This document shows positions 49,638 to 59,862 of a stretch of DNA of 64,000 bases, in pieces (positions within the stretch are counted from its first letter, which is position 1; the number at the start of each line of letters is the position of its first letter). Under the pieces are notes generated by a model. That model made no database searches. It saw only the letters and a list, made by a program, of their open reading frames with translations, and was not told where the DNA came from. This stretch comes from an uncultured Bacteroidales bacterium. Lineage in GTDB: Bacteria > Bacteroidota > Bacteroidia > Bacteroidales > CAIWKO01. The DNA lies in the NCBI GenBank assembly GCA_964599365.1, contig CAZRFL010000007.1, forward strand, positions 12,909-76,908, written 5' to 3'. The position numbers and the translations under genes were made by a program.

Positions 49638-52259
49638 TTAATCAATAGACTGGTTAATGGAGAAATGGAATTGGCTGCCGCCTTTTCCGACTCCCGGTAT
49701 ATTATCAAAACCATAGCCCCAGTCAAGGCCCAGTATACCGAACATGGGTAAAAATACCCTCACACCAACACCCGCCGAACGATAAATATCAAAAGGATTG
49801 AAATTCTTAAAGTTCAACCAGGCATTACCACCTTCAGCAAAACCTAAAACGTAAACCGTTGCAGATGGGTTAAGCGATATGGGATATCTCAATTCAAGTG
49901 TCAGTTTGTCAAAGATCGCGCCGCCAATGTAGCCCCCATCATTTTTTGGAGTTAGGGAGTTATTGGTATATCCTCTTAATGCTATTAACTCTCTTCCGTC
50001 AAGCGAAAAACCGGATAACCCATCACCACCCAAATAAAACCTTTCAAAAGGAGGAACACCGATCTTTTTATTATACGAACCCAGGAAGCCAAGTTTGGTT
50101 CTGGCACTAAACACCAAATTTCCTGCCAACTTTGTATATACGGCTGCAGTAATTTTCCATTTATGATACTCAATCCATCTGTACTTCTCTTCATCAGTGA
50201 GTTTCGAGTAATCTTCATTTTTAAATAAAGAGTAGGGAGGAGTTAACTGAAGCAATAAAGAAACCTCAGAACCTGAACGGGGATATATAGGCGCATCAAT
50301 TGAATTTCTGGATAATGTAATGGTGTAATTCAGGTTATTTGATGTACCGTCAGTAAAATTAAAAGAAGAGTAATAGTTTTTCAGATTGTAATTTCTGTAG
50401 CTGATCTCATTGTAAAGAGTAAAATAATCATCCGGCCATTTCAATCTGGTTCCCAAACCAACCGAAGCTCCGAGGATATTAATTGCCTGTCGGCTTGCAT
50501 CCGATTTTTTCAAACCATTGGTTTGCGACGAATAATAAATGGAAACACTTAAAGCATGTGGTTTATGTCCACCTAACCATGGCTCCGTAAAGGAAGCATT
50601 ATAAGCTTGATAGTAAGTGCCGTTTGTCTGAACTCTCACGCTGAGTTTTTGGCCATCGCCGGCAGGCAAAGGCTGCCAGGCATCTTTTTTAAAGAAGTTG
50701 CGAGTCGAAAAATTATTAAATGAAACCCCGAGCGTTCCAATAAGCCGACCCATACCCCAGCCACCTGAAAGTTCCAACTGGTCTGAAGAAGTTTCCTCAA
50801 CAGAATACTCTATATCAACGGTTCCATCAGTCGGGTTCGGAATAATGTCCGGTACAATCTTTTCTGCATTGAAATATTTTAGCTGCGCAAGTTCTCTTGT
50901 GGTACGAATAATGTCTGAGCGGTTAAAAAGCTGACCGGGTTTCGACCGTATCTCTCTGATGATAACATGGTCGTTGGTTTTGGTATTGCCGCGAACCGTA
51001 ACTTTGTTGATATAGGCTTGTTTGCCTTCAACAATTCGAATTTCAAGATCGATAGAATCCTTTTCAATCCTTACTTCAACCGGTGTAGCACTAAAGAAAA
51101 GGTACCCATTATCCATATAAAGCGAATAAACATCAAAACCGCTGGGATTGTAACTCAGATTAGTTTCTAAGGCTTTTTGGTTATACACATCACCTTTTGC
51201 GATCTTCAAAATCATGCCCAATTCCTTATCTGAATATTTGGTGTTCCCTATCCAGGTGATATTTCTGAAATAGTATTTCCGACCTTCTTCCAGACGGATA
51301 TTTACATCAATCGTGTTTTGTCCCGATTTTACTATTGTATCTGCCAATATCTTTGAATCACGATATCCAAGTTCATTGTATTTTGCGATCAGCGATAGTT
51401 TGTCTTTTTCATATTCCTCGCGCAAAAACTTTGATGACTTAAATATCCTGAGCACTATACGTGAACCAACATAATTCAGGAAATTGTCTTCAATAGAAAT
51501 GCTGTCTCTAACAAAAATTTTCTTCACACTTTCATATAGCAAGGTATCAGATCCCATAAAAGGATTGAAATAGGTTTGTTCCCTGGTTTTTTTCATCAGG
51601 CGTTTTAACTTCAAGGCAGATACCTGATCGTTTCCTGTGAAATTGATCCTATGTATGTGAACCTTTTTGTGCTTATCGATATCGATATTAAGTCGCGATG
51701 TGAGTTTATTCGAGCTGGAATCAATGATCTCTTTAATGTCCACGTCCACATTATAAAATCCTTTGTCAATAAAATGATTTCTGATAATATCTTTGGTTCG
51801 AATGATGGTATTGCTCGTAATTACATCCCCCTTGGTAAGATTTATTTTTGCCCGCAGGTCATCAACATCCGACTTTTTAATGTTGGAAGAGAAAAGGGGA
51901 GTAGAGAGTAGTCTGGGATGTTCCTTAAGCTGAATTTCAAGCCAAATATTGTCTTCTTCAATTTTGGTGGCCGCAATCTTAACATCATCAAATAAACCTT
52001 GTTTCCACAGATTTTGAATGGCATTCGATATTTTTTCTCCGGGAATAAGGAGGTTTTCACCAACATACAATCCCGTGAGTAATTTACAGATATTTGTGTC
52101 AGTATAATGTACCCCACTAAAACTGAGTTTTTTTATATTGAACTCCTTGGGAGTTGTATAGTCTATATAGCCCTTATCATCTATAATTACTTGTGCCTTT
52201 AAAGTAATAGTACTTATAAACAACAGAAGCAGGAGGGTATTAAGTTTTTTCACAATCAT
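49638..52259 (-). CDS. bamA: Outer-membrane protein assembly factor BamA
   Basis: 873 aa. POTRA-like N-terminal repeats and a C-terminal Omp85 barrel (...RGYTNNSLTP..., ...GVGVRVFLPMFGILGLDWGYGF). Conserved uppS-bamA-skp-skp order. Confidence 0.93.
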   Translation of the reverse strand: MIVKKLNTLLLLLFISTITLKAQVIIDDKGYIDYTTPKEFNIKKLSFSGVHYTDTNICKLLTGLYVGENLLIPGEKISNAIQNLWKQGLFDDVKIAATKIEEDNIWLEIQLKEHPRLLSTPLFSSNIKKSDVDDLRAKINLTKGDVITSNTIIRTKDIIRNHFIDKGFYNVDVDIKEIIDSSSNKLTSRLNIDIDKHKKVHIHRINFTGNDQVSALKLKRLMKKTREQTYFNPFMGSDTLLYESVKKIFVRDSISIEDNFLNYVGSRIVLRIFKSSKFLREEYEKDKLSLIAKYNELGYRDSKILADTIVKSGQNTIDVNIRLEEGRKYYFRNITWIGNTKYSDKELGMILKIAKGDVYNQKALETNLSYNPSGFDVYSLYMDNGYLFFSATPVEVRIEKDSIDLEIRIVEGKQAYINKVTVRGNTKTNDHVIIREIRSKPGQLFNRSDIIRTTRELAQLKYFNAEKIVPDIIPNPTDGTVDIEYSVEETSSDQLELSGGWGMGRLIGTLGVSFNNFSTRNFFKKDAWQPLPAGDGQKLSVRVQTNGTYYQAYNASFTEPWLGGHKPHALSVSIYYSSQTNGLKKSDASRQAINILGASVGLGTRLKWPDDYFTLYNEISYRNYNLKNYYSSFNFTDGTSNNLNYTITLSRNSIDAPIYPRSGSEVSLLLQLTPPYSLFKNEDYSKLTDEEKYRWIEYHKWKITAAVYTKLAGNLVFSARTKLGFLGSYNKKIGVPPFERFYLGGDGLSGFSLDGRELIALRGYTNNSLTPKNDGGYIGGAIFDKLTLELRYPISLNPSATVYVLGFAEGGNAWLNFKNFNPFDIYRSAGVGVRVFLPMFGILGLDWGYGFDNIPGVGKGGSQFHFSINQSID

Positions 52260-52262
52260 TAA

Positions 52263-52997
52263 TTATTGAATTTGCTCACTGGTCATTCCGAATCTTCTTT
52301 CTCTTTCCTGGTAATTTATTATTGCTTTATAAAAATCATCTTTTCTGAAATCCGGCCAAAGAACCGAAGTAAAATACAATTCAGAATAAGCAAGCTGCCA
52401 CAATAAAAAATTACTAATTCGATATTCACCGCTGGTTCTAATTAAAAGTTCAGGATCAGGAATGCCTTTAGTTGAAAGTGAATTAGAGATTATATTCTGG
52501 TCAATATCGGAAACTTCTAATTCATTATTCTTTACTTTTTCTGCAATTCGTTTTACTGCTTCCGTTATTTCCCATTTTGAACTATAACTTAGGGCTAGAA
52601 CAAGTGTCATCTGAGTATTGTTTTCTGTGATTTTGACCGTTTTCATCAGTTCATTGTAACAATCTTTATGAAGACTCTCAATATCTCCAATGGCTCTTAA
52701 ACGAATATTATTCTTTTTTAGTGTTTCAGCTTCATTATTTATTGTTTTTACCAAAAGCTCCATCAAAGCATCCACTTCAAATTTGGGTCTGTTCCAGTTT
52801 TCTGTAGAAAATGCATACATGGTCAAGTACTTTATACCAATTTCAGCGGCTGCTTCAACAGTCTCTCTTACAGCTGTCACACCATGTTGATGCCCAAAAA
52901 TTCGAAGTGCACCTCTTTTTTTAGCCCAACGACCATTGCCATCCATAATAATAGCAATATGTTGGGGCAATTTCTGAGGATTAATTTTTTCTTTCAT
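52263..52997 (-). CDS. uppS: Isoprenyl transferase (undecaprenyl-diphosphate synthase)
   Basis: 244 aa. Contains HIAIIMDGNGRWAKKRG, TMYAFSTENWNRP, and RTSGEYRISNFLLWQLAYSELYF. Confidence 0.95.
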   Translation of the reverse strand: MKEKINPQKLPQHIAIIMDGNGRWAKKRGALRIFGHQHGVTAVRETVEAAAEIGIKYLTMYAFSTENWNRPKFEVDALMELLVKTINNEAETLKKNNIRLRAIGDIESLHKDCYNELMKTVKITENNTQMTLVLALSYSSKWEITEAVKRIAEKVKNNELEVSDIDQNIISNSLSTKGIPDPELLIRTSGEYRISNFLLWQLAYSELYFTSVLWPDFRKDDFYKAIINYQERERRFGMTSEQIQ

Positions 52998-53017
52998 AGA
53001 TTCTTTGAAAACTCAAA

Positions 53018-53872
53018 TTAATCCTTGTATCTGGTTTTGATTTTTGGATGCTGTTTATAAGCTGCGCACCTGACAGCCTTAGTCTTGATGCGTACACATA
53101 CAGTTAATCCTGTAAAAACATACCAGTCTTTGGTACGGGGGTTTCCACGGGCGAGGTCAGTATGAGTGCCAGGAGTAAGCGACCTGTCAGCTAATGCAGC
53201 TGCTTCAGGTCCGTTTTCGGCAGCCAAAATTACGGGATCAGCATAAACAGTACTTACATCATCTATATAATCAGTAAAGGTCTTTCTTATGCCCCATTCG
53301 AGTCCAAGACTTAGAAATCTTGCGGGAGATATTTTCACACCTATTCCAAAAGGAATGGCAATACTTGTTAGGGAATAGGGATTCTTCTTACCTTCCAAAG
53401 TGGTGCCTTGGCCTTCGGTTCCTAAGGCATGTAATGAGTACTTGGTAGAATTTAAAGTCGCCTGTGGATTAAAATTAAAAACGGATGCTCCGGCAAAAAT
53501 ATAAGGCGATATAAAGTGTTTCTTATCTCCCAAAATATACTGCAAAAAATTGAACTCAATCTGAGGCGAAAACTCGAAAATATAGGAACGGAAACTCAAA
53601 TTACGTTCCTCATTGAATTTTGATTTTGCATCACTTCCTTCTAAACCTCCAATGAGAGCTGTTACTTTTAATGCCCACCTTGGAGTAATATTGTAACGAT
53701 AAAGAATTCCCCCGGCAAATTTTGTTTGTAAAAAGTGTTTATTGGGATTTAAATCACCATTATAGTAAGAGCCACCCAGGAATACTCCCACTTCATTTCT
53801 ATAAAGTTCCTGAGCTTTCGATCCAAATTGAAATATAAAGGGGAATATTACTATTAAAAAAAATCTTTTCAT
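53018..53872 (-). CDS. DUF6089-like outer-membrane beta-barrel protein
   Basis: 284 aa with a signal peptide. Contains GGSYYNGDLN, ...TFTDYIDDVSTVYADP..., and ...DWYVFTG. Typical position upstream of uppS in Bacteroidota. Confidence 0.65.
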   Translation of the reverse strand: MKRFFLIVIFPFIFQFGSKAQELYRNEVGVFLGGSYYNGDLNPNKHFLQTKFAGGILYRYNITPRWALKVTALIGGLEGSDAKSKFNEERNLSFRSYIFEFSPQIEFNFLQYILGDKKHFISPYIFAGASVFNFNPQATLNSTKYSLHALGTEGQGTTLEGKKNPYSLTSIAIPFGIGVKISPARFLSLGLEWGIRKTFTDYIDDVSTVYADPVILAAENGPEAAALADRSLTPGTHTDLARGNPRTKDWYVFTGLTVCVRIKTKAVRCAAYKQHPKIKTRYKD

Positions 53873-53885
53873 TTAAACGTCTAAT

Positions 53886-54812
53886 TTATCTGTTTCTGAG
53901 TCTTGGAATAAATCCCTTGCCAATCGTGTAATACATTGATACCATTACAGCCAGGTAAGAATCCCGATCGCGGGGATCTCCTCTTTGTTGTCCGGCAGCA
54001 GTAGCACCCGGAATGTTATTTAATGAAGGATCGGCCATATCAACTGCGAGTTGTCCTTTTGCTTGTAATAACGCATTTTCATCAAAATATGTTGTGCTGA
54101 CATCATCAATATAATCTGTAAACCCGATTCTGGCAGTATATTCAATGCCAATTTCAATAGTTCTTGATATTCTCACCTTAAGTCCAACGCCTAATGGGAT
54201 AGTAAATTGTATGGGAGAAACCTTTGTCCTGGAAGGTATCAGTCCTTGTCCTTCTGTGGATAAAGGTCTGAGGGCATGCCAGGCATCCCCGTATTTTCCT
54301 TTAGAGTTGAAATAATTAATTGCAACACCGCCATAAATGTAGGTAGCATATCTGTAATTCTTCCAGCCTTTAACTCCTTTAAGATAATATTGGTGACCTT
54401 TTTGTTTTATTTCCCATATTACTTCTATTACAGAGGAGAGATCATAAACAGGTGTTCTGAAATTGAGATTTCTGTTCTGCCGAAAAGGTTCTTTTGTATA
54501 AGCATCATTTCCACTTAACCAGGAATAGGTAAAAGCAGATCTTGACGATAAGAATTTTGACAACCTATAACTATATCCAATCTGAAATGCAGGTTTTACG
54601 GCCTGAATATCAAAATCACGCAGGCTGCCTTTAGGTGAACCTATCATGTTAGCACCACCCAAATCCCCAAGAAAATTTGTCGCACCTATACTGATAAATA
54701 TCCTGTGTCTTTCCTGTCGGAATGACCGGCTTGAAAATTTAAATCTATTCTGTGAAAATGACAGATTTACCGTAAATACTGAAATCAGAATAAAAAAGAT
54801 AAAATTTCGCAT
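53886..54812 (-). CDS. DUF6089-like outer-membrane beta-barrel protein (paralog)
   Basis: 308 aa. Shares GFTDYIDDVSTTYFD and RGDPRDRDSY with its neighbour (TFTDYIDDVSTVYAD and RGNPRTKDWY). Confidence 0.65.
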   Translation of the reverse strand: MRNFIFFILISVFTVNLSFSQNRFKFSSRSFRQERHRIFISIGATNFLGDLGGANMIGSPKGSLRDFDIQAVKPAFQIGYSYRLSKFLSSRSAFTYSWLSGNDAYTKEPFRQNRNLNFRTPVYDLSSVIEVIWEIKQKGHQYYLKGVKGWKNYRYATYIYGGVAINYFNSKGKYGDAWHALRPLSTEGQGLIPSRTKVSPIQFTIPLGVGLKVRISRTIEIGIEYTARIGFTDYIDDVSTTYFDENALLQAKGQLAVDMADPSLNNIPGATAAGQQRGDPRDRDSYLAVMVSMYYTIGKGFIPRLRNR

Positions 54813-54887
54813 ATTCCTAGCGTTTGCTAACTTACAAAAGTATATAAAATTTGACAGTTGGCAGTAATATTTCTAATAATTCAAGCA

Positions 54888-55766
54888 TCAATTTCTTTTA
54901 TCCCAACCCCACATGAGTTTTTCGCGCATGGTTGAAAAAAATGACTGATGATTTTGCTGAACTATATTAATATGGAAATCTTCCTTTTTGATCTCCAATT
55001 CAATGGAAGAACTTGTTACTACATTATTGGAATCAAGAGTTACCAGATAATTATCTATCCTTCCTTCAATTTTAAGTTTTATGCACACATTGTCCGGAAC
55101 CACAATAGGTCTTACGGTCAGGTTATGGATCGCAATAGGGGTTAGAATAAAATTATTAGAATCGGGAGTAACGATAGGCCCTCCGCAGCTTAGCGAATAT
55201 GCTGTAGAACCGGTAGGGGTCGATACAATCAAACCATCGGCCCAATACGTATTTAAAAAAACATCGTTGATGTAGGCATGAATCATTATCATTGACGAAG
55301 AGTCTCTTTTATGAACGGTGATCTCATTCAACGCATAATTATCTTCGCCAAAAAGATTGGAAGGCTTTACTAGTTTAATTAGGGAGCGTTTTTCAATTTT
55401 ATAATGTCCTTCCAAAATATTTTCAATGGCATCCGAAATCTCTTCTTTCGAAATACTTGATAAAAAACCCAGTCTTCCTGTATTAAATCCAAGCACAGGT
55501 ATTCCTGAATCTTTAATAAGATTGATCGTTTTTAGGAATGTGCCATCGCCTCCAATACTAAAAAGGAAGTCAACATTATCTTTGATATCGCTATTTTCTA
55601 TAAAAGATGAAGTGCTTTCTCCTATCAGATGTTTTTCCAACAATATTTTATGAAAAGGCTCGTAAATAGTGATCTCGAAATTATGATAATTTAGCTTTCC
55701 CAAAAGTTCCATATAGTAACCCTCAAGTTCTTCTGAGAAATTGGTTGCAAAAAGTGCTATTTTCAT
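54888..55766 (-). CDS. nadK: NAD kinase
   Basis: 292 aa. Contains FSIGGDGTFL, GFNTGRLGFL, and STPTGSTAYSLSCGGPIV. Confidence 0.93.
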   Translation of the reverse strand: MKIALFATNFSEELEGYYMELLGKLNYHNFEITIYEPFHKILLEKHLIGESTSSFIENSDIKDNVDFLFSIGGDGTFLKTINLIKDSGIPVLGFNTGRLGFLSSISKEEISDAIENILEGHYKIEKRSLIKLVKPSNLFGEDNYALNEITVHKRDSSSMIMIHAYINDVFLNTYWADGLIVSTPTGSTAYSLSCGGPIVTPDSNNFILTPIAIHNLTVRPIVVPDNVCIKLKIEGRIDNYLVTLDSNNVVTSSSIELEIKKEDFHINIVQQNHQSFFSTMREKLMWGWDKRN

Positions 55767-55777
55767 AAGCTTTTACG

Positions 55778-56440
55778 TTAAATGTTGAGGTAGTTCATCA
55801 GCGAATCATATCTTTCCTGAAGATCACTCGTATAGTCGGATTCGATGAAGCTGGCTACGATTGTATAGTTATAACGTTCAAATGCCCGAAGAACATTAAA
55901 AACATTCATTTTGTTCAATTTCAAAGTTACTTCGAGTTTGGTGGAATCTATATGGCTGCTGACAAAACAGTTCAGGATTTTCGCATCGTTGGATTCAACA
56001 ATGTGTGAGATTTGTTCCAATGAATAATCATTTTCATTACACTCAATAATAATAATGCCTCCGGGATTTAAGATGGATGCTTTTTTCGAAAATGCCTCCA
56101 ATAAATCAGACAAGGTGATTGCCCCCATGTATCGGTTGTTGCTGTCAATTACCGGGATGATGGATAAATTAAGTTCGCTGGCCAGTGTCATGATCTCGAA
56201 GATGTGCTGATATTGATCTACGCTGGCTTTGGATAAGGAAAGGGTATGATTTCCTATAGATTCTTTCAGGTCGTTTTGAGCATAGATATCGTTTTCAGAG
56301 ATCAGGCCTAAGTACTCAATATTATTTACAATGGGCAAATGACTTATCTTAAGGTCTTCCATGAGTTTCAAAGCATGTTTGCCCGTATCAGAGGTGTGAA
56401 GCGAAATTATGGCGTCGGTCAGTAGTTCTTTGGCAAGCAT
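55778..56440 (-). CDS. CBS-domain pair protein
   Basis: 220 aa. Two CBS-like segments (...HLPIVNNIEYLGLISENDI..., ...IIPVIDSNNRYMGAITLSDLL...) plus a C-terminal ACT-like part. Confidence 0.75.
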   Translation of the reverse strand: MLAKELLTDAIISLHTSDTGKHALKLMEDLKISHLPIVNNIEYLGLISENDIYAQNDLKESIGNHTLSLSKASVDQYQHIFEIMTLASELNLSIIPVIDSNNRYMGAITLSDLLEAFSKKASILNPGGIIIIECNENDYSLEQISHIVESNDAKILNCFVSSHIDSTKLEVTLKLNKMNVFNVLRAFERYNYTIVASFIESDYTSDLQERYDSLMNYLNI

Positions 56441-56481
56441 ATTGAAATGGATGATTTATCAGCTGCAAACTTACTAATTTT

Positions 56482-56489
56482 TAACTTTG
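56482..56489 (+). promoter_or_regulatory. Candidate Bacteroidota -7 promoter box (TAnnTTTG)
   Basis: taactttg lies 18 nt upstream of the pdxJ ATG at 56507. This is a sequence match only. Confidence 0.35.
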
Positions 56490-56506
56490 CATTCAAAATA
56501 TACTGA

Positions 56507-57226
56507 ATGACAAAATTAAGCGTAAATATTAATAAGATAGCAACCCTACGAAATGCAAGAGGTGGAAACTTTCCTGATCTGAAAAAAGTTGCGGCAGATT
56601 GCGAGCGTTTCGGAGCGCAGGGTATTACCGTGCATCCCAGGCCTGACGAAAGACACATAAGGTTTCAGGATGTTTACGATCTTAAGAAAATGGTTACCAC
56701 AGAATTTAATATCGAAGGTTATCCTTCAGATAAATTCATCAAACTGGTGATGGACATAAAGCCGGCACAGGTTACCCTGGTTCCCGATCCTCCTGATGCC
56801 ATTACTTCCAATGCAGGCTGGGATACTAAGAAGAACACTTCCTTATTAAAGGAGATCATAGCTCAGTTTCAAAGCGCTCATATCAGAACATCCATTTTTG
56901 TTGATCCTGTGGATGAAATGATAGAATACTCCAAAGAAACAGGTACCGATAGGGTTGAATTGTATACGGAAGCCTATGCAAAAAACTATTCCGCTAACAG
57001 GGAAGAGGCCATATTCCATTATGCTAATGCAGCCAAAGTTGCTAATAAACTGAGCATAGGATTAAATGCAGGCCACGATCTTAGTCTTGAAAACCTGCAA
57101 TATTTTAATGAAAATATTCCGGGCCTGCTCGAAGTTTCCATTGGCCATGCTTTGATCAGCGATGCCTTATATTATGGACTAGAGAACACCATTCAGCTTT
57201 ATCTGCGACAGTTGAGTACTATTTGA
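56507..57226 (+). CDS. pdxJ: Pyridoxine 5'-phosphate synthase
   Basis: 239 aa. Contains [38 protein letters not shown], and LNAGHDL. Confidence 0.94.
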   Translation: MTKLSVNINKIATLRNARGGNFPDLKKVAADCERFGAQGITVHPRPDERHIRFQDVYDLKKMVTTEFNIEGYPSDKFIKLVMDIKPAQVTLVPDPPDAITSNAGWDTKKNTSLLKEIIAQFQSAHIRTSIFVDPVDEMIEYSKETGTDRVELYTEAYAKNYSANREEAIFHYANAAKVANKLSIGLNAGHDLSLENLQYFNENIPGLLEVSIGHALISDALYYGLENTIQLYLRQLSTI

Positions 57227-58235
57227 TCTTCGCCGACTCTTCAAATATTACAGTAAGCAGTGTTTGACCCACTGCTTTCAATGAATTCCGGTCAACATTG
57301 TCGATATTGTCTTTGGTGGTATGCCAATATTTGTAGAAACCCGTATTGGTATTTTCGTCGTGATGGATAATATCAATGGTAGGGATCATGGCCAGATTGT
57401 TTATAAAAAAATGATCATCATTGATAGGATTGGTTCGCTGATTAACAAAAGTGCTTCCATAACCAATGCGTGCCGCGGCATCCCAAACCTTGTTTAAGAT
57501 GTCGGGTGCTTTTTCAGCAGAAATGCCTTCATGGGTGAATCGGGCATCTTTAACGCCCACCATGTCGAGCAAAATTCCAAAGTTCGCTTTATAATTGGGT
57601 TTGTGTAGGTTTTTGGCCCAATATTGAGTTCCTAATCCCCAGTTTTCGTCCTTCTGATGTTGGATGTCACCCTTGGGTTCGCCATAGTCTTCGGCATCCA
57701 AAAAGAGAATATCTACCCCAATGTTTATTTTATTTTCCTGTAAAATACGGGCGATTTCTATCAATACTCCCACCCCGCTAGCACCATCATTGGCCCCATC
57801 AATAGGGGTTCGGTGTTTGGTCGAATCTTCATCCCAATCAGCGTAAGGCCGCGAATCCCAATGCGAACACAATAATATTCTGAAAGCGGCATCGGGGTTA
57901 AAGGAGGTGACGATATTGTTGATCTTCAGAACGACCCCGTTATAGGCAACAACTTGAGCTTTCTGCACCATCACATCTTTCGAAAAAGTCTTCATTTTTG
58001 CGATGAGCCACTTTCCGCATTTATCATGAGCCACTGTGTTGTTGACACGTGGTCCGAAATCGGTTTGTTTTTTGGTAAAAATAAATGCTGAATCCTGATT
58101 AAAGGCAGGCACTTTCACCTGAACCGCCACGGAATCCTTTTTCGAATCTTTGTTTTGCTTGGGAGAGTTTCCACAGGAAACAAAAAACAAGGCAGGAATG
58201 GCTCCCATCAGTAAGATTTGCAAAAACTTTTTCAT
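57219..58235 (-). CDS. M28-family metallopeptidase / glutaminyl-cyclase-like lipoprotein
   Basis: 338 aa. Lipobox FFVSC. Metal-ligand contexts [31 protein letters not shown], and WHTTKD. Confidence 0.75.
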   Translation of the reverse strand: MKKFLQILLMGAIPALFFVSCGNSPKQNKDSKKDSVAVQVKVPAFNQDSAFIFTKKQTDFGPRVNNTVAHDKCGKWLIAKMKTFSKDVMVQKAQVVAYNGVVLKINNIVTSFNPDAAFRILLCSHWDSRPYADWDEDSTKHRTPIDGANDGASGVGVLIEIARILQENKINIGVDILFLDAEDYGEPKGDIQHQKDENWGLGTQYWAKNLHKPNYKANFGILLDMVGVKDARFTHEGISAEKAPDILNKVWDAAARIGYGSTFVNQRTNPINDDHFFINNLAMIPTIDIIHHDENTNTGFYKYWHTTKDNIDNVDRNSLKAVGQTLLTVIFEESAKIK

Positions 58236-58244
58236 AGGGTGGGT

Positions 58245-59237
58245 TTAATGATTTACTTTATAAAATGTATAATAATGCTCAAGAGATTGCCTGACCGGAA
58301 TAAATGTAAAATTCAGGGCACTTGCGATTTTTTCATTGGAATAGATCGTTGTGCTTTGCGCGATACGGGCCGTATCTTTATCGAAATCCAGTTTTTTGCG
58401 GGTGAAAAAAGATTTTGCGGCAGCCAGACGCCATGCTATATCGGTCATCAGTTTCGATGCACTTACCGAGGGTTCTTTTGCTCCTGTTATGGCTGCTATC
58501 ATAACTGAAAGATTGCGGAAACTAACATTCTCTGACGAAACCAAAAAGCGTTCGTTTTTAAAATCGCTATCCATCAGCAAAACCATAACCTTTGCCACAT
58601 CGCGCACATCGACAAAGCCATTGGAACCACCCGTATAGTATTTCAGCCCGGCGATGATCTGCCGAAAATATTTGCCAATACCCGCATTTGCTTTCCATGG
58701 GCCAATGATGACCGACGGATTCACGATGATGGTGTCGAGTCCTTCGGCTATGCCGCGCCATGCTTCGAGTTCCGCCTCATACTTGGTTTTTCCGTAAACG
58801 GAATGTGGCTGTTTGTCGTCCCATGCAGATTTTTCGGTAACCACAGTTTCTTTTCCCAAAGCAGCGATACTGCTCACATGACAGAACTTCTTCACTCCCG
58901 ATTTGATAGCAACATTGATGAGATTGGCGGTGCCGGCAACATTATTTTCGAAAACAAGATCGCGGTTTTTGGCCGAAAAAGTCACCGTGGCCGCGCAATG
59001 ATAAATTTGATCGACACCGACCATGGCTTTTTGCAATGAATCAATATCGCACAAATCGCCCTCAACCCATTCGATGCCTGCAAAAAGTTCTTTTTTATGG
59101 TAAAATGCAAAAATCTTTTCCACGAAGGCCGTATCCGACGAAGGTCGTTTCAGGGCCCTCACTTTCTGGCCACAAATACAAAGCTCGAGCAGTAAATGCG
59201 AACCTAAAAATCCCGTACCCCCTGTTACTAATATCAT
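58245..59237 (-). CDS. NAD-dependent epimerase/dehydratase (extended SDR)
   Basis: 330 aa. Contains MILVTGGTGFLGSHL and YGKTKYEAE (YxxxK). Confidence 0.85.
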   Translation of the reverse strand: MILVTGGTGFLGSHLLLELCICGQKVRALKRPSSDTAFVEKIFAFYHKKELFAGIEWVEGDLCDIDSLQKAMVGVDQIYHCAATVTFSAKNRDLVFENNVAGTANLINVAIKSGVKKFCHVSSIAALGKETVVTEKSAWDDKQPHSVYGKTKYEAELEAWRGIAEGLDTIIVNPSVIIGPWKANAGIGKYFRQIIAGLKYYTGGSNGFVDVRDVAKVMVLLMDSDFKNERFLVSSENVSFRNLSVMIAAITGAKEPSVSASKLMTDIAWRLAAAKSFFTRKKLDFDKDTARIAQSTTIYSNEKIASALNFTFIPVRQSLEHYYTFYKVNH

Positions 59238-59535
59238 AAAGTGTCTGAAATCAACACAAAATTAGAATAAAATTGTTGTTGGGAGGCAAAAAAACTATAG
59301 CGCTTATCGGCACAGGCATAGCGCAAGCAGGTTTATGAGTCACATTTTCCAAAGATTCTTTTTCGGCGGACCAAAATTTCTTTTCGTTATGCCATAGTTT
59401 TGCTCGTTTAGTATTTTATTTTCATTTTCAAATAATCCTTTTTCGAAGGTTTCGTTACCATTTTCTGGTAGAAAAGAGCATTTTTATTTTCGTTTATCAC
59501 AAAATTCAACTGCGGACATAAAATATAATGTATCG

Positions 59536-59766
59536 TAGGCACGCGTCGCAAAACAGAAGGCTCGCGTTATTAAATTATATTATCGCATCGCCATAGAATA
59601 TATCCGCGTCGTTATTTACTATAAACGCGTTTAATTAAAAAATATCAGCGCATGAAAAATATAATATCGCTTAAACATGATGCATATCAGCAAACGAATT
59701 ATCGTGTTTCGCGTCCATAAAGATCAAGGTCGCGGTGGCGTGAAATATATTCGCGCCATTATTTTC
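59536..59766. repeat. AT-rich phased array: 11 units of exactly 21 bp, each carrying a (C/A)GC(G/A/T) core (8 x CGCG)
   Basis: Core first bases are at 59542, 59563, 59584, 59605, 59626, 59647, 59668, 59689, 59710, 59731 and 59752, all exactly 21 bp apart. No ORF of 60 aa or more is reported here. The array ends 97 nt upstream of the ATG at 59863. Confidence 0.85.
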
Positions 59767-59862
59767 CCGCAATTTAATCATTATTTTTTTTAATCTTTCC
59801 CCCCTTTTTTTTAAAATAATTATTAATTTTACTCCCATAAAACCCGAAATGCTGATAGTTTA

